DNA of 64,000 bases from Candidatus Eiseniibacteriota bacterium. GTDB lineage: Bacteria; Eisenbacteria; RBG-16-71-46; JABDJR01. The translations under genes were made by a program, and so were the position numbers. Location: positions 992,001-1,056,000 of the forward strand of contig CAVXKA010000002.1 of NCBI GenBank assembly GCA_963762255.1, read 5' to 3'. Shown piece by piece: positions 10,893 through 20,782 of this stretch; the stretch's first letter is position 1, and each line of letters starts with the position of its first letter. Below the pieces are notes generated by a model. The model worked only from the letters and a program-made list of their open reading frames with translations. It ran no database searches and had not been told where the DNA came from.

Positions 10893-11233
10893 ACCGAGAA
10901 GGACTCGCCGCAGCCGCAGGTGTTCTGCGCGTTCGGGTTTTCGAAGACGAAACCCTTGCCGGCGAGGCCGTCCTTGAAATCGAGCACGATGCCCTTGAGA
11001 TAGAGAAGGCTCTTGGGATCGACGAACACCCTCGTCCCATCCTCGAGCTCCGCCACGCTGTCGCCGGGTTCCTGCCGAGTGAAGTCGAGCTTGTATGAGA
11101 AGCCCGAGCACCCTCCGCCCTGGATGCCCAGCCGAAGGCCAAGACCTTCCCGATTCTCGGCGGCGAGAAGCCGCGCCACCTCACGACGGGCGGCGGCGGT
11201 GAGTTGAACGATGTCCGCTTGCATCTGGCTCAT
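10889..11233 (-). CDS. iscA: A-type Fe-S cluster carrier (IscA/HesB family)
   Basis: GGGCSGFSY, F.NPN...CGCGESF. Confidence 0.93.
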   Translation of the reverse strand: MSQMQADIVQLTAAARREVARLLAAENREGLGLRLGIQGGGCSGFSYKLDFTRQEPGDSVAELEDGTRVFVDPKSLLYLKGIVLDFKDGLAGKGFVFENPNAQNTCGCGESFSV

Positions 11234-11374
11234 GGGGATGACTCCTTGGCAATGGGCGGCAGGGGCCGGTCGACAGAAACATGACTTTAATTGTACACTT
11301 TATCTCGCCCCAGGATTCCGGTCCGGGAGGCGGTCGCGATTCAGGGCGGGGCGGCGGTATCGAGGTTCGGGGAT

Positions 11375-11677
11375 CTACTTGTAGCGGTAGGTGATGCGGC
11401 CGCGCGTGAGGTCGTAGGGCGAGAGTTCGACGGTGACCTTGTCCCCGTTCAGGATGCGGATGAAGTGCTTGCGCATCTTGCCCGAAATGTGGGCGAGGAT
11501 CTCGTGCCCGTTCTCCATCCTCACCTTGAACCGGGCATTGGGGAGGCTGTCCACGACGACGCCTTCAACGACCACCGCATCGGGTTTCCCTTGAGGGACC
11601 ACCGGCGCCGCGACGGCGGCGGTGCTCTTCTTGCGCTTTCTTTGAGGGCCCCGACGGGGGCCGGCTTTCTTGGCGAT
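11375..11677 (-). CDS. infA: Translation initiation factor IF-1 with basic N-terminal extension; putative ATC start
   Basis: [57 protein letters not shown]. Start inferred from AGAGGAGG placed 8 nt before ATC. Confidence 0.9.
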   Translation of the reverse strand: MAKKAGPRRGPQRKRKKSTAAVAAPVVPQGKPDAVVVEGVVVDSLPNARFKVRMENGHEILAHISGKMRKHFIRILNGDKVTVELSPYDLTRGRITYRYK

Positions 11678-11809
11678 GGCGCCATCCTCCTCTGCACAGC
11701 GGGCGCTGGACCTGCCGTGAATACGGCAAGACGCACAAAGACGCGCAGATACTAGCGCATGCGCGGTAACTAGGCAAATACCCCCCGAGGGCTCAAAGGA
11801 GACGCGATC

Positions 11810-13387
11810 ATGCTCACGACATCGACCCGACGATCCCGGATTCAGGTCCTGCGGGGCCTGGCCGTCCTGACCTGGCTCACGGCCCTCTTCGGTGGGGCGG
11901 GAACCCGCCCGGCACTTGCCGCGCTCCCGGCCGACTTCCAGGATCAGACGGTAACGACCGGCTTCAGTCAGCCCTCGGGGTTCGCGTTCCTCCCCGACGG
12001 TCGGATCCTCGTCATCGAGCAGAAGACCGCGAATCTGCGGCTCGTGGTGAACGGCGCGCTGCAAGCTTCCCCGGCCCTCACCGTGCCGTCGGTGAACACC
12101 TCGGGAAACGAGCGCGGTCTGCTCGGGATCGCGATCGACCCGGCCTGGCCCGCGCGGCCGTACATCTATGTCTACTACGACCGGACTCCGGGGAACGTGA
12201 ACTTCGTCTCCCGCTTCACCGGATCCGGCGATCTCACCGACGGGTCGAGCGCCGCGCTCACGTTCGCCGATCGGTACGACATCCTCACCGACATCCCCGA
12301 CAACGCGAGCAATCACAACGGCGGCACGCTGCGCTTCGGCCTGGATGGAATGCTTTACGCGAGTCTCGGCGAGGACGCCGATCCCTGCGCCGCGCAGGAT
12401 ACGACGTCGCTCAAGGGAAAGATCCTCCGGCTCGACGTGTCCGGGTTGCCCGCCGGAGCGGGAGGGCCGCCCACGAAGGCTTCCATCACGCCCGCCGGCA
12501 ATCCTTTCGTGGGGAACAACGCCAACGCGGGCCTGGTGTACTGCTTCGGACTGCGTAACCCGTTCCGTTTCACGATCGATGCGCTGACCGGGCGGCTCTA
12601 TATCGGGGACGTCGGAGAGAATGTCTGGGAGGAGGCGGACGAGGCCTACGGTGGCGAGAACTTCGGCTGGCCGCACCGAGAGGGGAACGCCAACCACGTG
12701 GTGGCCGCGTGTCCCGAGCCGGGGGGAGTCGGCTCGCAGAGTTACGCGACTCCGATCGCGACCTATCCACACGGAGCCGGGTCGCAGTCCGTGATCGGGG
12801 GACCGCTCTATCGGCCGTTGAGCGGCGGCGCGTATACGTTCCCCGCGCTCTACGACGGGGTGGTCTTCTTCGCGGAGTACTACGAGGGCTTCATCCGCGC
12901 GGTCCGCAAGAGCGGCGGGAGTTGGGGGCCGCTTGCCGCCGTGCCCGGCCAGCCCAACACGACCGACTGGGCCACCGGGCTCACCAACATCGGGGACATG
13001 CAGCAGGGGCCGGGCGGAGCGATCTACTACTTGAAGCAGTTCCCGGGAGAGTTGCACCGCATCGTGTACACAGGGACCGTGACCGGGCTGCCTTCCGGAG
13101 GAGACTCCGGGCGCGTCCTCCTGCGCGCGGCGCCGAACCCTCTGCGCGCGGGGCGCGGGCCGCTGCGGGTGACCCTGGTTGTGACCGACACGACCTGCCG
13201 GGTCGATGTCTTCTCGCTCGACGGCAAGCTGGTGCGCGCGCTCTTCGAGGGCCCGTCGCAGGGGGAGACCACGGTCGCGTGGAATGGGCGGGATGAAGCG
13301 GGCACTCCGGTCACGCCGGGCGTGTATTTCGTGCGCGCGCGGGCCGGCGCCGAGATCTCGGCGGTGCGGGTCGTGCTGATGCCCTGA
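11810..13387 (+). CDS. PQQ-dependent sugar dehydrogenase (GSDH) beta-propeller with FlgD-Ig-like tail
   Basis: Signal peptide; [34 protein letters not shown]; tail PNP...[14 protein letters not shown]. Confidence 0.88.
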   Translation: MLTTSTRRSRIQVLRGLAVLTWLTALFGGAGTRPALAALPADFQDQTVTTGFSQPSGFAFLPDGRILVIEQKTANLRLVVNGALQASPALTVPSVNTSGNERGLLGIAIDPAWPARPYIYVYYDRTPGNVNFVSRFTGSGDLTDGSSAALTFADRYDILTDIPDNASNHNGGTLRFGLDGMLYASLGEDADPCAAQDTTSLKGKILRLDVSGLPAGAGGPPTKASITPAGNPFVGNNANAGLVYCFGLRNPFRFTIDALTGRLYIGDVGENVWEEADEAYGGENFGWPHREGNANHVVAACPEPGGVGSQSYATPIATYPHGAGSQSVIGGPLYRPLSGGAYTFPALYDGVVFFAEYYEGFIRAVRKSGGSWGPLAAVPGQPNTTDWATGLTNIGDMQQGPGGAIYYLKQFPGELHRIVYTGTVTGLPSGGDSGRVLLRAAPNPLRAGRGPLRVTLVVTDTTCRVDVFSLDGKLVRALFEGPSQGETTVAWNGRDEAGTPVTPGVYFVRARAGAEISAVRVVLMP

Positions 13388-13419
13388 CCTCCTCAGCGCA
13401 TCTGCTACGATCCCGCGCC

Positions 13420-14808
13420 ATGGAGCACCCACCTCCCGCGCCCGGCTCGACGGCGCCGTCCCGTGTCACGGACCCGGGCTCCCCCGCTCCACCCACGGGT
13501 CTACGCCGGGTCCTCGGCATGTGGGACGCGGTGGCCCTCATCGTCGGGGTCACCATCGGATCCGGGATTTTCGCCACCCCCCCGCTCGTAGCCAGCCACC
13601 TGCCCGGTGTGGGACCGATGCTCGCGGTGTGGGTTCTGGGCGGACTCCTCGCCTTGTGCGGTGCGCTCTGCTATGCCGAGCTCACCGCCATGTTCCCTCA
13701 CACCGGCGGGGCTTATGTCTTTCTTCGCGAGGGCTACGGCCGCCTTCCCGCCTTCACGTTCGGGTGGAGCTCGCTCTTCGTGACCTACCCCGCCTCCATC
13801 GCCGCCGTGTCGGTGGTCTTCGTGGCCTACCTCGCGCGGCTCGTTCCCATCTCCGAACCGGCCCGGCCGGTGGTCGCGGCCGCGCTCTGCCTCCTCCTCA
13901 CCGGCCTCAACATCCTCGGGGTGCGCGCGGGCGCGTGGACGCTCAAGATCTTCACCTCGGCCAAGGTGCTGGCGCTGGGCGCCATCGTGGTGGCGGCTCT
14001 CGCGACGCGCCACGACGCGCTCGCGGGCGCCGCTCCGTTCTGGTCGGCGCCCCCGGAAGGCTGGACCGCCGCCGCGGTCGCACTGTCCCTGGTATCCGTC
14101 CTCTGGACCTACGAGGGTTGGGCCGACGGGCCCACCATCGCCGGCGAGATGCGCGATCGAAGCCGCGATGTCGTGCGCGCGCTCCTGGTGAGCACGCTCG
14201 GGGTCACGCTTATCTACGTGCTCACCAACCTCGCCTACGTTCGCGTCCTGGGCATCGACGGCATGCGTGCGAGCGACTCGGTGGCGGTGGACGTGGCCAC
14301 GCCGCTCTTCGGCCACTCCGGGAGTCTCTTCGTGACGCTCCTCGTCCTGGCCTCCACCTTGGGCAGCATCCTCGGCATGGTCATCGCGGGTTCGCGCGTC
14401 ATCTACGCGATGGGGCGCGACGGGCTCTTCTTCGAACTCGCCGCCTACGTGCACCCCCGCTTCCGGACGCCTGTGGCGGCACTCGCCGCGCTCGGCATCG
14501 TCTCGGCCGCGTACGCCCTCATGGGCTCGTTCGAGACCATCATCCGGTACTTCGTATTCGTGGCCCAGCTCTGGTTCGTCTTCATCATCGCCTCGGTCGT
14601 ACGGCACCGCATCAAACGGCCCCGGGCGGAGCGGCCGTTCCGCACCCCGCTCTACCCGGCACCGGTGGTGCTCTACCTGCTGGTCGCGGGAGGGCTCCTC
14701 TACCAGCTCGCCCGCAGCGACGCCCGCGGCGCGCTGGCGGGCGTGGGCATCGTCGTCGCCTCGGTGCCGGTGTACGCGGTGTGGATGCGTCTGCGCCCCG
14801 CCCGTTGA
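13420..14808 (+). CDS. APC-family amino acid permease
   Basis: IGSGIF, YAEL..MFP..GG.Y, Y.GW, SR..YAM.RDG; about 12 TM segments. Confidence 0.92.
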   Translation: MEHPPPAPGSTAPSRVTDPGSPAPPTGLRRVLGMWDAVALIVGVTIGSGIFATPPLVASHLPGVGPMLAVWVLGGLLALCGALCYAELTAMFPHTGGAYVFLREGYGRLPAFTFGWSSLFVTYPASIAAVSVVFVAYLARLVPISEPARPVVAAALCLLLTGLNILGVRAGAWTLKIFTSAKVLALGAIVVAALATRHDALAGAAPFWSAPPEGWTAAAVALSLVSVLWTYEGWADGPTIAGEMRDRSRDVVRALLVSTLGVTLIYVLTNLAYVRVLGIDGMRASDSVAVDVATPLFGHSGSLFVTLLVLASTLGSILGMVIAGSRVIYAMGRDGLFFELAAYVHPRFRTPVAALAALGIVSAAYALMGSFETIIRYFVFVAQLWFVFIIASVVRHRIKRPRAERPFRTPLYPAPVVLYLLVAGGLLYQLARSDARGALAGVGIVVASVPVYAVWMRLRPAR

Positions 14809-14989
14809 GCGGGTGGGCGCAATCGGCGCTGCCCGCCCAACGCCTGCACACCCCGCTCCAACGGGCCCTACGTATTTCGCTTGCCCTCTCGCTCCCCGTC
14901 CTGTTTCATTCCTCGCGCTTGAATCGATCACGCCAACGACATCTTCCCGCGCTTCTCCTCGACCGGAGGAGCCGCGAACCCAAGGACTG

Positions 14990-15874
14990 ATGAGCACGAC
15001 CAAACCGAGCCGCCGCACCAAGTCCCCCGCCAAGCCGCGGGGCCGCGTTCCCCTCACCGCCTCCTCCGCCAACAAGCACATCCTCTACGAGGCGGCCGTG
15101 CAGTGCGTGGACGCCGATCTCGATTTCTTCACCCGGGTCTTCAAGCGCCATCGCGGACGTCCGCTGCGCAAACTGCGCGAGGACTTCTGCGGGACCGCCC
15201 ATCTGGCCTGCGAGTTCCTCAAGCGCCACCCCGAGAACCACGCCTGGGGGATCGACCTGCACGAACCTACGCTCAACTGGGGGATCCGCCACCACGTGCT
15301 GCCGCTCGGCAAGACGGCGGAGCGCATCGTCCTCATCCGCGACGATGTGCGCACCGCCCGCACCCCCGGAATGGATGCGGTGGCGGCGCTCAACTTCTCC
15401 TATCAGGTGTTCAAGACCCGGGACCAACTCCGGGAATACTTCCGCGCGGCGCGCGCGGCGCTCGCCCCCGACGGCATCTTCTTCGTGGACGCGTTCGGCG
15501 GCACGGAGGCGGTGGACGAACTCCAGGAGACCCGCAAGATCGATCCCTTCACGGGACCGGACGGGAGGGTCTACGAGAGCTTCACCTACATGTGGGATCA
15601 GGCCAAGTTCAACGTCGTGCGCAACGACATCCTCTGCCACATCCACTTCCGCTTCCGCGACGGCAGCGAGATGAAGCGCGCCTTCACCTACGACTGGCGG
15701 CTGTGGTCGCTGCCCGAGCTGCAGGAGATCATGATCGAGGCGGGGTTCAAGTCGGCCGAGATCTATCTCGAGGGATGGGACGAGGACGCCGACGATGCGG
15801 ACGGCGTGTTCCGTCGGCGCGATTGGTACGACAACATCGAGGGTTGGGTGGGGTACGTCGTCGGCCTACGGTAG
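14990..15874 (+). CDS. Class I SAM-dependent methyltransferase
   Basis: LREDFCGT motif I variant, GID, ALNFS, L.P.G.F..D. Confidence 0.8.
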   Translation: MSTTKPSRRTKSPAKPRGRVPLTASSANKHILYEAAVQCVDADLDFFTRVFKRHRGRPLRKLREDFCGTAHLACEFLKRHPENHAWGIDLHEPTLNWGIRHHVLPLGKTAERIVLIRDDVRTARTPGMDAVAALNFSYQVFKTRDQLREYFRAARAALAPDGIFFVDAFGGTEAVDELQETRKIDPFTGPDGRVYESFTYMWDQAKFNVVRNDILCHIHFRFRDGSEMKRAFTYDWRLWSLPELQEIMIEAGFKSAEIYLEGWDEDADDADGVFRRRDWYDNIEGWVGYVVGLR

Positions 15875-15912
15875 GGCAGACGCCGCGGTGCCGCGCCCGC
15901 GCGGCGCCGCGA

Positions 15913-17772
15913 TCAGTCCCGGGCCCCGGGAAGCCAGACGCGGAAGCAGGTTCCCCGCCCCGGTTCGCTGGTGAAGGCCACGCTGCCGTCCATCCGCTCG
16001 GCAATGCGCTTGACCAGCGTGAGCCCGAGCCCGGTGCCCACCGCCGAGAGGTCCTTGGCGTTCGGCGCCCGGTAGAACGGCTGAAAGATGTGGGACTGCG
16101 CATCGACCGGAATGCCGATCCCGGTGTCTTCGATCTTGAGTTCGAAGCCGCGCAGATCCGGGGCGAGTACCGCCGAGACACTCCCTCCCGCCGGCGTGTA
16201 CTTGATCGCGTTCTGGAGGAGGTTGGCGGTGAGGAGTTCCAGCTCCTCGGCGTTCCCGCGCACCTCGCAGGGTTCCCCATCCACGCGGACCTCGAGCCGC
16301 AGATGCGCTTCCGTCGCGGACTCGCGGACCTTCTCCACCTCCGCGCGCAGGATCCCTGCGAGATCCACCCGCTTCGGCGCCGCCCGCGCGGAGTCGATGT
16401 CGCGAGTCGTCAGGTAGAGCAGCTCGCGAACCGTGTCGAGCTGGCGTTCGTTCTTTTGCCGGGCCCGCATCAGCAGCTCGCGCTGTTGAGGCGTGATCTC
16501 GCCGGCATAGCCCTCGAGCAGCAGGTCCAGCATGTTCTGAACCGCAGCCAATGGAGAACGGAGGGCGTGGGTTCCGCCGATCACGAAGTCGCGGGTCGTG
16601 CGATCGCGGCTCTCGAGCTCCTTGTAGGCGCGGGCGTTGGTGAGGGCGATCGCGGCCAGGCCGGCCAGGCCGGCCATGAACTCCCGGGCGGTGGGGCCGA
16701 AGACGCGCGGCTTCGTGTCGTAGGCGCGCAGCACACCGAGAAAGCGCCCTTCGGCGGAGAGGGGCGCGCACAGAACGCTGGTGATCCCCTCGTCCTCGGC
16801 CGCGTCCTGGTACTGGAAGAGCGGATCCTCGCGGAGATCCACGATCGCCACCATCTCACCGGCTTGAACCCGCTGGTCGACGAGGCTGTCGGCCAGCCGC
16901 ACCGAACCCTTGCGAAGGTAGGCTTCGCTCAACCCCGCGCTGGCCACGAGGTCAAGGCTTCCCGACCCCTCGTCGTAGACCCGAAGCGCGGCGGCGGGAG
17001 CCTCGCAGACCTTGGTGGCCGCCTCCACCGTCATGCGAAAAATCGCCTTCACCTCGCGGGCCTGCGTGATGGAGAGCGACATCTGGTTCAGGCTGCGCGC
17101 GCGGTCCCGCCAGCGCTCCAGGCTCTTGGTGGCCTCGACGAGGATCTTGCGCTCGACCCACAACCGGTCGCCCAGCTTCTGGATGGAAAGCGCGGTGAGC
17201 GAGTAGCACGCGATGAGCGCGCCCAGAAACGCAAGCGTGCGGGCCTGACCCGGCGAGGCGGCCAGCTCGCCCCACACCGCGCTTCGCGGAAGCACGAAGC
17301 CGGCGAATTCGGCGGCGGTGGCGGCGACCAGGACGACGGTGGCCAGGGTTCCGGAGCGGAGACAGTCACGCGGAGGGAGGTAGATGGCCGCGACCGAGAC
17401 GTGGAAGATGAAGACGATGGAGAGCGGATTCACCGGCCCACCTGTGAGAACGATGAGCACGGTCAACGCGAGCCAGTCGAGCGTCACCTGCCAGAAGGCG
17501 AATCGGCGGTGGCGGCCGAAGAGAATCGGCTCCTCGGGGCCTCTTCGTCGGATGGCGAAGAAGAAGATCAGGTTGTAGGCGAGAACGATGAGCCCGAGCA
17601 GGAAGACCCCGTCGGGCCGGCGGAGCCCATGGATGCCCCCCGGCCCGGCCGTGCCCACCGCGAGGAGCGCCGCGCCCACCAGCCAGCGCATGCGCACCAG
17701 GGTGAGCGTCCAATCTGTGAGGAGGCGCGCCAGATGCCGGTCGGCATCGTGACGAGTCCCGGTTCGCACCAC
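15913..17772 (-). CDS. Membrane sensor histidine kinase with GAF domain
   Basis: N-terminal TMs, GAF (SVLCAPL), H-box THALRSPL, NAIKYT, DTGIG, GTGLGL. Confidence 0.92.
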   Translation of the reverse strand: MVRTGTRHDADRHLARLLTDWTLTLVRMRWLVGAALLAVGTAGPGGIHGLRRPDGVFLLGLIVLAYNLIFFFAIRRRGPEEPILFGRHRRFAFWQVTLDWLALTVLIVLTGGPVNPLSIVFIFHVSVAAIYLPPRDCLRSGTLATVVLVAATAAEFAGFVLPRSAVWGELAASPGQARTLAFLGALIACYSLTALSIQKLGDRLWVERKILVEATKSLERWRDRARSLNQMSLSITQAREVKAIFRMTVEAATKVCEAPAAALRVYDEGSGSLDLVASAGLSEAYLRKGSVRLADSLVDQRVQAGEMVAIVDLREDPLFQYQDAAEDEGITSVLCAPLSAEGRFLGVLRAYDTKPRVFGPTAREFMAGLAGLAAIALTNARAYKELESRDRTTRDFVIGGTHALRSPLAAVQNMLDLLLEGYAGEITPQQRELLMRARQKNERQLDTVRELLYLTTRDIDSARAAPKRVDLAGILRAEVEKVRESATEAHLRLEVRVDGEPCEVRGNAEELELLTANLLQNAIKYTPAGGSVSAVLAPDLRGFELKIEDTGIGIPVDAQSHIFQPFYRAPNAKDLSAVGTGLGLTLVKRIAERMDGSVAFTSEPGRGTCFRVWLPGARD

Positions 17773-17781
17773 GACCGAGCC

Positions 17782-18198
17782 CTAGGCGCGGCCGGCTGCG
17801 AGCAGCCGCTCGATCTCCGCCATCAGCACCGAGGGAGGCACGGGCTTCTCCAGGAACACGTCGACGGGAAGGAAGGCCTCGTCCTTCTCCGGCGAAAACT
17901 GCATACCGCGCAACTGGCCGATCGCGGTCATCATGATGATCGGCACGTCGTGGTACGCATAGAGCGAGCGCGCCGGCGTACGCAGATCGTAGGCGATTTG
18001 AAACCCTTCCGTCTCGGTGTCCAGGATGACGTCGAGGATGATGAGGCTCGGCCGCTCCCGCTCCAGTTCGGAACCGGTCTCCGCGCGGTTCTTGGCCCGG
18101 CTTGTGGTGAAGCCGCGCGCTTCCAGCACGATCCTCACCGCCTCGTAGATATCGAGGTCGTCCTCGACGACCAGGATGTGCCCCTTCTTATCGATCAT
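17782..18198 (-). CDS. Single-domain response regulator
   Basis: ILVVEDD, IILD, IIMMTA, F.EKP; no output domain. Confidence 0.9.
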   Translation of the reverse strand: MIDKKGHILVVEDDLDIYEAVRIVLEARGFTTSRAKNRAETGSELERERPSLIILDVILDTETEGFQIAYDLRTPARSLYAYHDVPIIMMTAIGQLRGMQFSPEKDEAFLPVDVFLEKPVPPSVLMAEIERLLAAGRA

Positions 18199-18667
18199 GG
18201 TTTTCCTCACCCTCTGCACGGCCCGCCAGGGCCTTCAGAACCGCTGCCGTCGCCGTTTCCACCGCGTCGGCGACCGCGTTCGTGAGCCCGGTTCCGGGCT
18301 CCATCGAATCGGGCTCTACGGCGACCATCGTCACCTCGGTGTCGAATCCCAGGGCCCGCGTCAGGCGCACCATCGCAAGCGGATCCCCCTCGTGCGCGCT
18401 CGCGCGAGCGGGCAGCCGACGCTCGCGCGCCACCTCGGCGGCGAAGGTCCGCACCGAGCCCGCCGGAAGCCCCATCTTCGCGCAGTCCACCACCACGACA
18501 CGGGCGCGCGAGGCCAGGATGTCGAGGAGCAGATGCACTTGCGATCCGGCCTCGATCAGGTCCACGCCTTCGAGCCCGCCGCGCTCGCGCAGCCGGCTCA
18601 CCACCGCGCATCCTACTCCGTCGTCGCGATGAAGCGTACTCCCCAGTCCCACCACCGCCGGGCGCAT
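18188..18667 (-). CDS. Hydrogenase maturation protease
   Basis: GLGS.L..DDGVG, VVVD, SAH; lies directly after the large subunit. Confidence 0.9.
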   Translation of the reverse strand: MRPAVVGLGSTLHRDDGVGCAVVSRLRERGGLEGVDLIEAGSQVHLLLDILASRARVVVVDCAKMGLPAGSVRTFAAEVARERRLPARASAHEGDPLAMVRLTRALGFDTEVTMVAVEPDSMEPGTGLTNAVADAVETATAAVLKALAGRAEGEENHDR

Positions 18668-18671
18668 GACC

Positions 18672-19982
18672 TCAGCTCTCGCCGTCCGTGAACTCCACGT
18701 CCAGGAAGTGTGTCGAGCAGGAGATGCACGGGTCGTAGGCACGAATCAGCATCTCCAGATCCTTGACGATCTCCTCGCGAGGTCGATCGAGGATCTGCGG
18801 CACGCGCGCTCGAAGGTCCAGGTCGATGTTGGCCAGATTCTGACCGGTCGGGATCACGCAGTTGGCCTTCAGGCACAGGCCGTTCGAGTCCAGCTCGTAC
18901 TCATGGTAGAGGATGCCCCGCGGCACCTCGACGGCGCCCACCCCGCGGCCCGCGCGCACCCGCACCGAGCGGTCCTCCTGGCGCAGCCCCGTGCGATGGA
19001 GCGACTCGATGGTCGTGAGCGCGTCCTCGAGGCAGTGCACGGTCTCCACGACCTGAGCGAAGGTGATGGCGTACGGGTTGTGCACGGGGGGCTTCCCGAG
19101 ACCCAGCCGGCCCGCCGCCTCCTTCGCCCCGTCGCTGAGGAGATCCCAGTTGTTGTTGACGCGCGCCAGCGCGCCCACCATGAAGGACTCCCCCACCGCG
19201 CGGGCATGCTTGGCCGTGCTGTGGTCGACCAGGTGCTCGTTGGTCATCTCGCGATAGCGCTCGCCGGGGACGCGCTTGCCGGTCGAGGAGTAGATGTCCC
19301 CGTCGTAGAGCGCGTACTCGCCGTCCTTCTTGAGCGAAATGTACTCGGTCTCACGGGTGAACTGGGGAGGGGTCAGCGTCTCGAAGAGCTTCACCGTCTC
19401 GCGAGCGTCCTCGAGGGTCACCGTGAAGTCGGCGCGAATCGCCTCCAGATCCGCGCGCGTCGGGATCCGGGCGAATCCGTTCACGACCATCGCGATCGGG
19501 TGCACGTGCCGTCCGGCCAGACGCGCGCAGGCGTCGTTGGCAGATTTCTTCATCCGCAGCGCGCGCAGAACCACGTCCTTGTGGGTCTCCACGAGCGGGA
19601 ACACGCTCCCGACTCCGAAGTAGTCCGGAGCGGCGAGGAAGTAGGCGTGCAGCACGTGGCTCTGGATGAACTCCGCGTGAAGCATGAGCTTGCGCAGGAG
19701 CACGGTCTGCTCGGAGGGTGTGATCTCGAGCGCGGCCTCGGTGGCGCGCAGGCTGGCGGTCGTGTGCCCGACGGAGCAGATGCCGCAGATGCGGCACGTG
19801 ATTTGGGCCAATTCGTCCCAGCGCCGTCCGTGAAGCATGGCCTCGAAGAAGCGGGGCGACTCGACGATGTCGAGGGTGGCCCGCTCCAGGACGCCGTCCT
19901 TGACGTTGATACGCAAGTTGCCGTGCCCTTCGACGCGGGTCAGGTGCTTGAGATTGAGTTCGAGGTTAACGGTGTCACTCAT
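18672..19982 (-). CDS. hydA: NiFe hydrogenase large (alpha) subunit, group 3b/sulfhydrogenase type
   Basis: TRVEGHG, RFFE, L1 RICGIC, VEVPRG, L2 YDPCISCSTH with cleavable tail. Confidence 0.93.
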   Translation of the reverse strand: MSDTVNLELNLKHLTRVEGHGNLRINVKDGVLERATLDIVESPRFFEAMLHGRRWDELAQITCRICGICSVGHTTASLRATEAALEITPSEQTVLLRKLMLHAEFIQSHVLHAYFLAAPDYFGVGSVFPLVETHKDVVLRALRMKKSANDACARLAGRHVHPIAMVVNGFARIPTRADLEAIRADFTVTLEDARETVKLFETLTPPQFTRETEYISLKKDGEYALYDGDIYSSTGKRVPGERYREMTNEHLVDHSTAKHARAVGESFMVGALARVNNNWDLLSDGAKEAAGRLGLGKPPVHNPYAITFAQVVETVHCLEDALTTIESLHRTGLRQEDRSVRVRAGRGVGAVEVPRGILYHEYELDSNGLCLKANCVIPTGQNLANIDLDLRARVPQILDRPREEIVKDLEMLIRAYDPCISCSTHFLDVEFTDGES

Positions 19983-20775
19983 CGGCGGCCACCTTCCGGC
20001 GCAGCTTCCCCGCGCCATTGGCCTCCACCTGGCATTCGGTGAAAAGCGTGAAGTGCTGCATGAGCTCGGCGGCGGTCACGCCGTGGCCGCGCAGCACCTC
20101 CATGTGGGCGTTCAGATTCGGCTCGTTGACGAACCCCCGGCACCCGTCGCAGGGATGTCCGTAGCTCGGACAGATGGCTTTGCAGCCCCCCCGGATGACC
20201 GGGCCCAGGCAAACCTCGCCCAGATCGAAACGGCAGACGTTCTCCAGGAACTTGCACTCGGTGCAGACGGGGTTATCGGTGAGGACGACGCTGCGTCCAA
20301 GCAGGATCATCGACACCACCCGCAGGAACTCGTCCTTGTCGATGGGGCAACCCGGGATCTCGTAGTCCACATGGACCACCGCCGAGAGCGGGCGCGCGGG
20401 GATGGTGTCCGCCCCCTGATCGGAGTCGCCGTAGACCTCGCGTCGCACCCGCGTCATGGAGAAGCGATTCTTGAGGGCGTTGATCCCCCCCAGGTGCGCA
20501 CAGGCGCCGAGGGCCACCAGGATCTTGGCCCGCTTGCGGATGGCCTCGATCCGCGGGATCTCGGCCTTGTGGGTGATGCTCCCCTCCACGATGGCGATGT
20601 CGTACTCGTCGGATCGCTCGCTCATCGCCTCGCGGAACTGCACGATCTCGACGAGGCCCACCAGCGGGACCAGCTCTTCCTCGAGATTGATGATCTGAAG
20701 CTGACATCCCTCGCAGCTCGTGAAGTCGAAGATCGCGATGCGAGGGCGCACCGCCGTGTTGGTTTGGTCGCTCAT
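19975..20775 (-). CDS. hydD: NiFe hydrogenase small (delta) subunit
   Basis: SCEGC, EGS, GACA..GG, IPGCP, C-terminal Cys clusters. Confidence 0.92.
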   Translation of the reverse strand: MSDQTNTAVRPRIAIFDFTSCEGCQLQIINLEEELVPLVGLVEIVQFREAMSERSDEYDIAIVEGSITHKAEIPRIEAIRKRAKILVALGACAHLGGINALKNRFSMTRVRREVYGDSDQGADTIPARPLSAVVHVDYEIPGCPIDKDEFLRVVSMILLGRSVVLTDNPVCTECKFLENVCRFDLGEVCLGPVIRGGCKAICPSYGHPCDGCRGFVNEPNLNAHMEVLRGHGVTAAELMQHFTLFTECQVEANGAGKLRRKVAADE

Positions 20776-20782
20776 ATCCCCC

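Noticed and set aside
11375-13432. 685-aa ORF ending in IF-1
   Set aside because: Most of it is the antisense shadow of the GSDH gene. Only the last ~100 codons are infA.
15103-18285. Very long alternative ORFs (also 24512-27346, 4373-6541, 34668-36632, 56961-58853)
   Set aside because: Antisense or off-frame shadows of well-supported genes, expected in high-GC DNA.
18672-20775. Selenocysteine-containing (NiFeSe) hydrogenase
   Set aside because: The L2 motif is DPCISC with ordinary Cys codons, and there is no in-frame TGA.
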